Below the pieces are notes generated by a model. That model was not told the DNA's origin and made no database searches. It was given only the letters and a program-made list of their open reading frames with translations. From the NCBI GenBank assembly GCA_903994795.1, contig CAJEYI010000001.1, positions 1-62,962 on the forward strand: DNA of 62,962 nucleotides, read 5' to 3'. Positions 10,184 through 18,582 of the stretch are shown here, piece by piece. This stretch comes from an uncultured bacterium. GTDB lineage: Bacteria; Patescibacteriota; Minisyncoccia; Phycocordibacterales; Phycocordibacteraceae. Made by a program: the position numbers and the translations under genes. Within the stretch, counting starts at the first letter, position 1. Each line of letters starts with the position of its first letter.

Positions 10184-10571
10184 TATTTAATTCCATTATG
10201 CTCCAAAACGTTATCCTTCCTTTTCCAAGCTGTCGTAGTACCAACCTTACTTTTTTCTCTGGATTTTCACTTATCTTTGCATCAATGCCCCAGTATCTAG
10301 TGTTTTTAGTTGCTGCATATCTATGTGTTATGGGTAGGTTTGCCTTCAGGATTGGCATAATATTTGAAACCAATCTCAATCTGCGAAACTGCTCCGCAGG
10401 CTGTCTTTTGTGGCCGAGTCCATTATAAACAATATGATGAAATCCTTTAGCATTAAAAAATATTTTTGCTCGCACTGATTCGCACCAAATAGGATTTATA
10501 AACGCATTATATTGCTTACGAGCCGATTCTTTGAGTGCGCCTAATGATTTTGTTTCTTGTTCTGCATCCAT
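10176..10571 (-). CDS. hypothetical protein (131 aa)
   Basis: Only plausible ORF in the pgk-HIT gap. No motif recognised. Confidence 0.4.
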   Translation of the reverse strand: MDAEQETKSLGALKESARKQYNAFINPIWCESVRAKIFFNAKGFHHIVYNGLGHKRQPAEQFRRLRLVSNIMPILKANLPITHRYAATKNTRYWGIDAKISENPEKKVRLVLRQLGKGRITFWSIMELNTK

Positions 10572-10647
10572 AGATGCAGAACTGTAGCACAGTGAGATGA
10601 AATAAAAGTGGAATTTTTCTAAAGGTTTTCTGAAGAATATATAATCG

Positions 10648-11112
10648 CTAGTTGTTTAGGAGTTTGCGTATCTTTTGGGCTGTTTCTTTTGCTTGTTCCT
10701 CTGATACTTCTACCTTTGGCCAAAACTCATAGTTGCCTCTAGTGTGTCGAGGAATTATATGGAAGTGTAGGTGAAACACAACTTGGCCAGCTTCTGCTCC
10801 GTGATTTGAGTTTATGTGTACACCGTGGGCACCTACGCTGTCACGAACAGCTGGTGCAATTTTCCGTACTGTTTCCATGGTGTGAGACAAAGTTTCCGGA
10901 TCGACATCAAAAATATTAGTCACATGCTTTTTAGGAATAACGAGGGTATGACCCAGAGAATTAGGCGCAATATCTAGAAATGCCAATGTATATTCATCTT
11001 CGTACAAGATGCTCTTAGGAATTTCTCTAGAAATAATCTTATCAAAAATGCAGTCTTGAGTGCTCTCGCTTGTATCAGTATTCATATATAAAGAATAGCA
11101 TTTCTGGTACAA
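10648..11112 (-). CDS. HIT-family nucleotide hydrolase
   Basis: Histidine triad HLHFHIIP. The start may instead be the internal ATG at 11085. Confidence 0.85.
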   Translation of the reverse strand: MYQKCYSLYMNTDTSESTQDCIFDKIISREIPKSILYEDEYTLAFLDIAPNSLGHTLVIPKKHVTNIFDVDPETLSHTMETVRKIAPAVRDSVGAHGVHINSNHGAEAGQVVFHLHFHIIPRHTRGNYEFWPKVEVSEEQAKETAQKIRKLLNN

Positions 11113-11121
11113 TCAAGTTCT

Positions 11122-12885
11122 ATGTTTCCGCTCTTTGAGACGCTTAGCGAAGAATTACGAAAAGAACTTGAAGAATATGATGATTTGACCGCCGCGCTTT
11201 TAGCGCGGCGGGGCGTTACCACTTCTACAGAGGCAGAAGCTTTTCTCTCTCCTTCGTACAACGATCATCTAGATGATCCCATGCTTATAAAAGACATGCC
11301 AAAGGCAGTCGAGCGCATTGTGCAGGCAATTAATTCCGGTGAACGAATTGCCGTATGGAGCGACTATGACTGCGACGGTATTCCTGGTGGAGTTGTGCTA
11401 CATGACTTTTTTAAGAAAATTAATGCGAATTTTTGTAACTATATTCCACACAGACATCACGAGGGTTTTGGTTTAAATAATGGTGGTATCGACACTCTTA
11501 AGATAGATGGTGTCTCTCTTATAATTACTGTCGATTGCGGGATTGCTGATGTTGCCTCTGTCGCGTACGCGAACTCTCTTGGTATTGATGTGATTGTTAC
11601 AGACCACCACCTACCAGGCGAGACCTTGCCAGAAGCATTTGCGATTGTAGACCCAAAGCAGGAAGGAGAAACGTATTCATACCGAGACTTTTGTGGTGGA
11701 GGTCTCGCATGGAAGCTCGTCACAGCATTGATTGGTCTCGAGACGAGTGAGGCGAAGCCATCTTTTAAAGGGCGCGAGCTTATTAAAGATGGTTGGGAGA
11801 AATGGCTTCTGGACATGGCAGGACTCTCAACAATTGCAGATATGGTTCCGCTCACAGGAGAGAATCGCGTGATAGCAAAGTATGGACTCATGGTGATGCG
11901 AAAGTCACAGCGCATAGGTTTTCAGAAGCTTTGCAAAGTCGCGCGAGTTGATCAGCGAACAATGACCGAAGATGATGTGGGTTTTATGATTGCGCCGCGT
12001 GTAAACGCGGCATCGAGAATGGGAGACGCAATAGATGCTTTCCGACTTTTCACAACTGAAGATGGGACGGAGGCAGATATGCTCGCAAAGAAATTAGAAG
12101 CAACGAACAGAAGTCGCCGCGCTTCCAGCGCGGCGGTCACCAAACGCGTGCATGAAAGACTCGAGGAACGAAAGGAGCAAGGAATACCTGTACAAGATGT
12201 AATAGTCATGGGTGATCCAGAATGGCGACCGGGCCTTTTGGGCCTCGTTGCAAACTCCGTTGCTGAAGAATATCAGCGACCTGTGTTTCTTTGGGGAAGG
12301 GAGGGAAGCAATATTTTAAAAGGCTCTTGTAGGGCAGGGCGACCGGATGTGCATTTACTTAAGCTTATGCAGGCGGTACCAGCAGACACTTTTATAGATT
12401 TCGGAGGTCATCGAGCATCCGGAGGATTTTCAGTACAGGAAGACGCAATCCATTCGCTCGAGGAGCGCCTAAATACTGCATACGCAACAATGTCGATGGC
12501 AGAGCTCGACGAACAGGAACAGGCAGATGGCGAGCTTGCGATCTCTTCCGCTACTCCGCAATTTTTAAAGATTCTCGATCGGCTTGCGCCATTTGGTATG
12601 GGAAATCCAAAGCCAACGTTTGTACTCCGTGAGGTTTTAATTGATGAGTTGTCATGGTTCGGAAAGACTGAAGAGCATTTGCGTATACGTGTGTCACCAG
12701 TTGGTTTAGAGTTTGAGACAAAAAGCATCGAGGGTATTACATTTTATGCGAAGCGCCAACTTGGAAAGGCTATCGATTCACTAGAGAAAGGAAAGAACAC
12801 TACATTACTTGTGACTCTTGAACGCGACACGTTTACGAGAGGTCAGCCTGTTCGTTTGCGGATAGTTTCGATTGGGGGATATTAG
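11122..12885 (+). CDS. recJ: single-stranded-DNA-specific exonuclease RecJ
   Basis: DHH motifs (DYDCDG, TVDCG, VTDHH) and a DHHA1-type GGH. Extended -10 TGgTACAAT lies 8 nt before the ATG. Confidence 0.9.
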   Translation: MFPLFETLSEELRKELEEYDDLTAALLARRGVTTSTEAEAFLSPSYNDHLDDPMLIKDMPKAVERIVQAINSGERIAVWSDYDCDGIPGGVVLHDFFKKINANFCNYIPHRHHEGFGLNNGGIDTLKIDGVSLIITVDCGIADVASVAYANSLGIDVIVTDHHLPGETLPEAFAIVDPKQEGETYSYRDFCGGGLAWKLVTALIGLETSEAKPSFKGRELIKDGWEKWLLDMAGLSTIADMVPLTGENRVIAKYGLMVMRKSQRIGFQKLCKVARVDQRTMTEDDVGFMIAPRVNAASRMGDAIDAFRLFTTEDGTEADMLAKKLEATNRSRRASSAAVTKRVHERLEERKEQGIPVQDVIVMGDPEWRPGLLGLVANSVAEEYQRPVFLWGREGSNILKGSCRAGRPDVHLLKLMQAVPADTFIDFGGHRASGGFSVQEDAIHSLEERLNTAYATMSMAELDEQEQADGELAISSATPQFLKILDRLAPFGMGNPKPTFVLREVLIDELSWFGKTEEHLRIRVSPVGLEFETKSIEGITFYAKRQLGKAIDSLEKGKNTTLLVTLERDTFTRGQPVRLRIVSIGGY

Positions 12886-12948
12886 TTATGCTCTGTTTAT
12901 AGATACACCACATCTTCAGTAACATTACGGCATGATATCCTGTCCATA

Positions 12949-13371
12949 ATGACGTCCGAACAAAAACAACAACTTATTCAAGAAGCGATGAAGGCACGAC
13001 AGAATTGCTACCCAAAAGATTCAACTACTTCTTTTGCTGCAGCTGTCTTAACTGAAAGTGGAGCTATCTACTCAGCAGCTAACTATGCATCATATACTGG
13101 ATCTTTAACATTGCACGGTGAACAGTCAGCTCTCGCACACGCTGCTGCCCACGGAGAAGGGGTAATTCTTGCAATGGCAACAGCTAGTACCGAGGAACTT
13201 ACGCCAGGTGAGTTTACGGCGCCATGCCACATGTGTAAGCAACTTCTGTGGGAAAGCCGACTTCGTTCTGAGGTTCCGTTACTTATCATTCTTGCAAACA
13301 ATCATGGAGAGACAAAGGAGGTGTATATAGATGAGTTGATACCACTTCCGTGGCCTGCGAAAAAAAAGTAA
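12949..13371 (+). CDS. cytidine/deoxycytidylate deaminase-family protein
   Basis: Zinc-ligand pattern H-G-E ... PC-H-M-C (HGEQSA, APCHMCKQ). Confidence 0.65.
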   Translation: MTSEQKQQLIQEAMKARQNCYPKDSTTSFAAAVLTESGAIYSAANYASYTGSLTLHGEQSALAHAAAHGEGVILAMATASTEELTPGEFTAPCHMCKQLLWESRLRSEVPLLIILANNHGETKEVYIDELIPLPWPAKKK

Positions 13372-13436
13372 TGTTTTTCTATTCCACTATATAAGATACT
13401 GTGGTATTCAAGACTGTCGAGACGTATACTACACAG

Positions 13437-13871
13437 ATGCAATTTACGATTTTCGCAGATGGAGGTTCGAGAGGGAATCCCGGCCCCGCAGGGGCCGGAG
13501 CAATAGTTCGTGATGAAAAGGGAGCTGTGGTTGCAGAAATCTCAGAATTCCTCGGACACACCACAAACAACGTTGCAGAATACACGGGCATACTTTCTGC
13601 ACTCGAAACACTCCTAAGTTTAATGGGAAGCGATGGAAGAGGGGAGGCCAGTGATGCCGTGGTTGTAGTTAAAATGGATAGTTTGCTTGTGGTGAAGCAA
13701 ATGAATGGCGAGTATAAAATTAAGCACCCGAACCTGACACCGCTTGCTGCTCGAGTTAAGGCTCTCACAAAAGAATTTAAGTCAGTTTCGTTTGCGCATG
13801 TATATCGTGAGCACAATAAAGAGGCTGACAAGCTAGCGAACCTTGCCATGGATCGAGGGATGAATCGCTAG
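13437..13871 (+). CDS. rnhA: ribonuclease HI
   Basis: Motifs FADGGSRGNPGPAG, NNVAEY and NKEADKLAN. The ORF track starts at GTG 13401; ATG 13437 is preferred. Confidence 0.85.
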   Translation: MQFTIFADGGSRGNPGPAGAGAIVRDEKGAVVAEISEFLGHTTNNVAEYTGILSALETLLSLMGSDGRGEASDAVVVVKMDSLLVVKQMNGEYKIKHPNLTPLAARVKALTKEFKSVSFAHVYREHNKEADKLANLAMDRGMNR

Positions 13872-13961
13872 AGGCTTGGGTTTAGGATGGGTTTTGAAAA
13901 TTCAGGAAAAGTTTATCTCCACTTTACTTTTTCTTCATAGGTAATTTTGTATCGTGAATAG

Positions 13962-15503
13962 ATGATACTCGCGCTACGCGGAAAGCTGTTTTTTGTCTGC
14001 TCGGGAGTTTTTGCTGTTGGTATTGTGTGGGGAACAATTTCCTCAATCTCAATTCCGTATTTACTATTGAGTGAGTTTATTGGTGCGCTGTGTTTGCTAG
14101 TCGGGACGTTCATTTCAGATGAAGCCGAAATACTTGATGCAAATCTTGCGAAAAGAAAGATAGTACTTTTAGTGCTGGGTGTGATTTTCATTTCTACCCC
14201 AATTGGAGAAGTGCGTGCGGCATTAGCGCCACACGCAATCCAGTCATTTTTAGCAACTCAGATTAATTCCCAGGTCGAAATGACTGGTACGATAATTTCC
14301 GACCCAGACATCCGGGAAAAGAATCAGCAGCTGCTAGTGCGAGTAGGTCATGCCACAAATATTCTTGTTTTCGCGTCTGTCTTTTCTCACTTTACATATG
14401 GCGAGCAAGTGCATTTTTCTGGAGTACTTACTGTCCCGACTCCTTTTGATACAGGTAACGGACGAAGTTTCCGATACGATAACTTCCTTGCGAAGAAAGG
14501 TGTGTTTGCGATTGTGCCAAGGGCGAACGTATACGAGGTTGCTCCTGCTTCCGGCATTTGGAATACAGGTGCGGAGATGCTATTTGAATTCAAACATATC
14601 TTCGTGACCGGTGTGTCGCATGCACTCCCAAATCCATACTCAGAGCTTGCGCGAGGACTTCTCACGGGCGATCAACATGGGCTAGGTGACTCACTTGTAA
14701 CAATACTTGCTTCGTCAGGATTGATTTGGGTCGTGGTGCTTTCTGGGTATCATGTCACGTTGATCGCGACAGGAGTATTAAAACTATTTGAAGTGCTTCC
14801 ACGAAGACTAAAGTACATGCTCGCAGGCCTAAGCGTAATTGCGATAGTTTTTGCTACGGGTGCCAGTGCTCCATCTATACGGGGAAGTGTTATGGCGTGC
14901 TTCACGCTTTTTGCTGAGGCCACACACAGAAAGTACGACGCGTTGCGTGCTCTCGCTGTAACCCTGATTGGAGTACTTTTGTGGAGTCCGTTCTTGCTCG
15001 CGTATGACTCTGGTTTTCAGATGTCGGTTGTGGTAACTCCCGCACTAATTCTTGCGGTTCCGATTCTCGAATCGAAGCTTCTTTGGATAAAAAGTGGTTT
15101 GCTTCGAGAAATAATTTCAGTGAGCATCGTTGCACAGCTTGCATGCTTGCCACTTATTCTTTGGCAGACCGGTGAACTTGGTGTCTGGGCTATACCAGCA
15201 AACATGTTGGTGATGTCATTTGTGCCGGTTGCGATGGTCACAACATTCTTCGCTGGAGTTGCTGGAGTGGTCGTACCAATGCTTGCGCCGGTAGCAGGGC
15301 TACCGGCGTTTTGCATTCTCTATTATGTTTTAGGAGTTGCGAAGTTCTCCGCGGCGCTTCCATTCTCAGATGTCATTATTCCGCCAATTCCATTTATCGC
15401 AGTGCTCGGAATGTACGCATTCTTTATCTTTGTTCTTTATCTACTTACACGACTTCACTCAGAAAACGCTTCTCAATTACTTCCCAATTCACATTCTCCA
15501 TAA
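13962..15503 (+). CDS. comEC: ComEC/Rec2 competence channel, membrane domains only
   Basis: Polytopic membrane protein with ComEC-like core (LLTGD, SGLIWVVVLSGYHV). No MBL domain in this ORF. Confidence 0.8.
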   Translation: MILALRGKLFFVCSGVFAVGIVWGTISSISIPYLLLSEFIGALCLLVGTFISDEAEILDANLAKRKIVLLVLGVIFISTPIGEVRAALAPHAIQSFLATQINSQVEMTGTIISDPDIREKNQQLLVRVGHATNILVFASVFSHFTYGEQVHFSGVLTVPTPFDTGNGRSFRYDNFLAKKGVFAIVPRANVYEVAPASGIWNTGAEMLFEFKHIFVTGVSHALPNPYSELARGLLTGDQHGLGDSLVTILASSGLIWVVVLSGYHVTLIATGVLKLFEVLPRRLKYMLAGLSVIAIVFATGASAPSIRGSVMACFTLFAEATHRKYDALRALAVTLIGVLLWSPFLLAYDSGFQMSVVVTPALILAVPILESKLLWIKSGLLREIISVSIVAQLACLPLILWQTGELGVWAIPANMLVMSFVPVAMVTTFFAGVAGVVVPMLAPVAGLPAFCILYYVLGVAKFSAALPFSDVIIPPIPFIAVLGMYAFFIFVLYLLTRLHSENASQLLPNSHSP

Positions 15504-16041
15504 ACGCTTCGACGTAGGATTTCTTGTCTGCAGGTACGTAGTCAACCATATATGCGTGCTCCCACATATCGATGGCGAGAATTATTGGAAGACCTGCGAG
15601 CTGGCCAACTTCGTGGTCGTTTACCCAAGCCGTATGAAGTGATCGAGCTGCGGGATCATAGTACACAACTGTCCATCCGATTCCGCGAGTACCACACACT
15701 TCTTTGATGTGTGCGATAAATGTATCCCAACTACCATACCTCTCTACCGCCGCATCCATGAGAGGCCCTTCTCCTTGTGGACGTAGTGAGCCGCCTTCAA
15801 ATTGCTCGAAGTAGTACTCGTGCATGCGCATGCCGTCGAACTCAAAACCGAATCGACGTCGGAGTTCAGTAATAAGGAAGGCGTTCTCTTCTGCGTTTTC
15901 TTCACGAAGTGCTTCGATTTTGCTTAGGATAAGGTTTGCGTGCTTTACGTATCCTTCATAGAGTGCGAGGTGCACATCCATCTGCTTTTGTGACAGACCT
16001 TTGAGCTCTGGAATGTTGAATGTTTGTTTTGTATACATCAT
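15445..16041 (-). CDS. sodA: Fe/Mn superoxide dismutase
   Basis: DMWEHAY signature and N-terminal His ligands. Its 3' end overlaps the comEC 3' end by 59 nt. Confidence 0.9.
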   Translation of the reverse strand: MMYTKQTFNIPELKGLSQKQMDVHLALYEGYVKHANLILSKIEALREENAEENAFLITELRRRFGFEFDGMRMHEYYFEQFEGGSLRPQGEGPLMDAAVERYGSWDTFIAHIKEVCGTRGIGWTVVYYDPAARSLHTAWVNDHEVGQLAGLPIILAIDMWEHAYMVDYVPADKKSYVEAFMENVNWEVIEKRFLSEVV

Positions 16042-16081
16042 AAAAATTTTATTATTTCTTTATCAGAATTATAACTCTTTT

Positions 16082-16999
16082 ATGTATGATGGGCACATGA
16101 ATAAAAGTCAGCTCATGTTTCTGCAACTATTTCCGTATGTTGCGATTCTTTTGTTTGTCATTGCGAACGGAACTACTTATTGGTTCGTGTTCCAGCACTA
16201 CAACCAACCCTATCCGGTCGGCGTTTTGAAAGTATCAGTGCTGGATATCGGGCAGGGTGATGCGATTCTTGTGCAAGGCCCAACAGGAAAAACAATGCTT
16301 GTGGATGCTGGGCCAGATAAGTCAGTGCTTGCGGGTTTAGGCACAGAGCTCGGCCCACTCAAACGTTCGATAGATATGATTGTGGAGACTCATCCGGATT
16401 CAGATCATATTACGGGTTTCAAATACGTATTGCAGAACTACTCAGTCACACAATTTATGACTTCTGGTATTCCGGCCTCGACGACAATCGCAATGCAGAT
16501 CGAAGGCGCAGTGAAGAGTGCGCCAAGCATTCAGCAAATTATTGCACGGCGAGGGATGCGGATAGATCTTGGTGGGGGAGCGTATGCGGATGTACTGTAT
16601 CCCGATCGGGACATGTCGAGAGAAACCGTGACCAATGATGGCTCAATCACAATGCGAGTAGTATACGGAAATAATTCTTTTATGCTTACGGGTGACCTGC
16701 CATCGCCAATTGAAGGTTGGTTGATTAAGCTCGATGAAAAAGATGGTGAATTAAAAACAGACGTACTCAAGGCTGGTCATCATGGCTCGAAATATTCTAC
16801 GAGTAGTGAATGGTTGAAGGCACTGAGTCCATCGGTCGTAGCAATCTCAGTTGGGAAAGAAAATACATATGGACACCCTGCTCCAGAAACGCTAACAAGG
16901 ATTGAGGGGCAGGGGTCAAAGATTATAGAAACCGAAAACGTTGGCACGATTGATTTTGTAAGTGATGGAAAAGTGATTACGGAACATTCAGTTCGGTGA
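16082..16999 (+). CDS. ComEC-type metallo-beta-lactamase domain protein (stand-alone)
   Basis: N-terminal TM, then VLDIGQGDAILV, HPDSDHITG and AGHHGS, which are typical of the ComEC C-terminal MBL domain. The start may be 16097. Confidence 0.8.
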   Translation: MYDGHMNKSQLMFLQLFPYVAILLFVIANGTTYWFVFQHYNQPYPVGVLKVSVLDIGQGDAILVQGPTGKTMLVDAGPDKSVLAGLGTELGPLKRSIDMIVETHPDSDHITGFKYVLQNYSVTQFMTSGIPASTTIAMQIEGAVKSAPSIQQIIARRGMRIDLGGGAYADVLYPDRDMSRETVTNDGSITMRVVYGNNSFMLTGDLPSPIEGWLIKLDEKDGELKTDVLKAGHHGSKYSTSSEWLKALSPSVVAISVGKENTYGHPAPETLTRIEGQGSKIIETENVGTIDFVSDGKVITEHSVR

Positions 17000-17025
17000 A
17001 ATGAAAGGTTGGAAGTAGAGAGCAT

Positions 17026-17057
17026 AGAAAAAGCCGAGACATGTCTCGGCTTTTTCT
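17026..17057. terminator. bidirectional terminator
   Basis: 14-bp stem AGAAAAAGCCGAGA/TCTCGGCTTTTTCT between convergent genes. Confidence 0.75.
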
Positions 17058-17073
17058 ATTTTCTTTTTCTCCT

Positions 17074-17316
17074 TTAAATAATTCCAGCTTTCTTAAGTGT
17101 GGCGAGTGCGCCGTTCTTCTTGATGTGCTTGTATCCCTTAACTGAGACGTCGATTAAAAATGTCTTGTCGAGTTCAGGAACGAATACTCGTCGCTTCTGA
17201 AGGTTGGCCTTTCGACGAACCTTTCCAGTAGGGTTGAATTGAGTAGCACGCGTACGGTTTGAGTACCGTCCGCCTACTTGGGATGATTTTCCAGTGATTT
17301 CGCAACTTCGTGCCAT
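17074..17316 (-). CDS. rpmB: 50S ribosomal protein L28
   Basis: MARSCEITGK...GGRYSNR pattern. Confidence 0.9.
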   Translation of the reverse strand: MARSCEITGKSSQVGGRYSNRTRATQFNPTGKVRRKANLQKRRVFVPELDKTFLIDVSVKGYKHIKKNGALATLKKAGII

Positions 17317-17349
17317 AGTCCATGCATGCTAGCATATAAATACTAATTT

Positions 17350-17991
17350 ATGCAACCAGACCTAACTCTCGAGATTTTCACCATTATAATTCTTATTCTT
17401 TCTATCATCATGCACGAGGTGGCTCACGGCTACATGGCATATGTTTTAGGAGATCCAACGGCGAAGCTCCAGGGTCGACTTACACTCAATCCGCTCGCCC
17501 ACATAGATATGATGGGCTCAATTATTGTGCCTGCACTTCTAGTATTTATGAATGCTGGAATACTTTTCGGATGGGCGAAACCAGTTCCGTATAATCCGTA
17601 CAATTTGAAAAATCAGCGATGGGGTGAGGCACTCGTAGGGGTGGCTGGAGTTGCTACCAATATTCTCCTCGCACTGCTTTTTGCACTCGTTACGAGAGTT
17701 GCTTTTGGATACGGTGCAACGCTTTTCGCAACTCTTGCATCCGAGATAGTGCTGGTGAATTTATCGCTCGGACTTTTCAACTTAGTTCCAATCCCGCCAC
17801 TCGATGGATTCACCGTACTTCGTGGAATACTTCCGGCTCGATTTAGTCTAGTATTCCGCGATCTTGAAGCACGACTTTTTGGAAATAATATCCTGACACG
17901 ATTTATCATTGTGTTTATTTTCGCGTATTTTTTTGCGACGCCGTTCTTCGTGATGATCGAGTGGCTTTTCAAGATACTAGTCGGGATGTAA
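17350..17991 (+). CDS. site-2 protease (peptidase M50) family protein
   Basis: HEVAHG zinc motif in a TM helix. Polytopic. Confidence 0.8.
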   Translation: MQPDLTLEIFTIIILILSIIMHEVAHGYMAYVLGDPTAKLQGRLTLNPLAHIDMMGSIIVPALLVFMNAGILFGWAKPVPYNPYNLKNQRWGEALVGVAGVATNILLALLFALVTRVAFGYGATLFATLASEIVLVNLSLGLFNLVPIPPLDGFTVLRGILPARFSLVFRDLEARLFGNNILTRFIIVFIFAYFFATPFFVMIEWLFKILVGM

Positions 17992-18001
17992 TTTATTGCG
18001 T

Positions 18002-18316
18002 ATGAATTTTACGCCACTTCCAGAAAAGGGTTTTTACAAACATTACAAACATGACCCGGTTGGAGTGCCTTATAACTACATGTATGAAGTTGTCGGAATT
18101 GGGCGCAACACAGAAGAAAAAACACTTACCGTTCTGTACCGTCCGCTCTACAAAAGCGATTGGATGCCACCTGCCGATCTTCAATCAAGGCCACTTGAGA
18201 TGTTTATGGGTATGGTACAAAAGGACGGAGTAGAAGTGTCTCGTTTCTCTAAAATAACCGATTCAGCACTTATTACTGAGTTAGAGATCGCAAGGAAAGA
18301 TTTGTACGGATTTTAG
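18002..18316 (+). CDS. DUF1653-like protein
   Basis: The pattern FYKHYKH...YMYEVVGIG...LYRPLY is typical of DUF1653. Confidence 0.55.
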   Translation: MNFTPLPEKGFYKHYKHDPVGVPYNYMYEVVGIGRNTEEKTLTVLYRPLYKSDWMPPADLQSRPLEMFMGMVQKDGVEVSRFSKITDSALITELEIARKDLYGF

Positions 18317-18488
18317 TAAAAGTGAGTCACTCGAACCACTGAGTTAACCGTGGAACGTAGTGCGTATGCAGTTCCACGCTTTCAATTCGCTTGAACTAGG
18401 TCGTGGAATGACGTGTCATCAGTTTCGTACCCTAGAGCACTACTTCCAGGAGATGTATCTCAGGGGTTCGGTTTTCATTAGGCTTTTC

Positions 18489-18509
18489 GGGAAACGCTTC
18501 CCTCTTTTT
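18489..18509 (+). terminator. intrinsic terminator (GGGAA-ACGC-TTCCC plus T5)
   Basis: Short GC hairpin followed by TCTTTTT, about 190 nt after the DUF1653 stop. Confidence 0.5.
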
Positions 18510-18545
18510 CTGACATACATATATATAGTAAATCGAGTTTCACAT

Positions 18546-18582
18546 CGGTAGACCACTTCGTGTACATCGAAGTGGTCTACCG
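18546..18582. terminator. 15-bp hairpin overlapping the stop of the lipase gene
   Basis: Perfect inverted repeat CGGTAGACCACTTCG/CGAAGTGGTCTACCG. Confidence 0.5.

Noticed and set aside
10054-10428. The 124-aa plus-strand ORF after pgk.
   Set aside because: It runs through the bidirectional terminator at 10141-10183 and is antisense to the 10176-10571 ORF. Its composition is hydrophobic and low-complexity, with no start signal.
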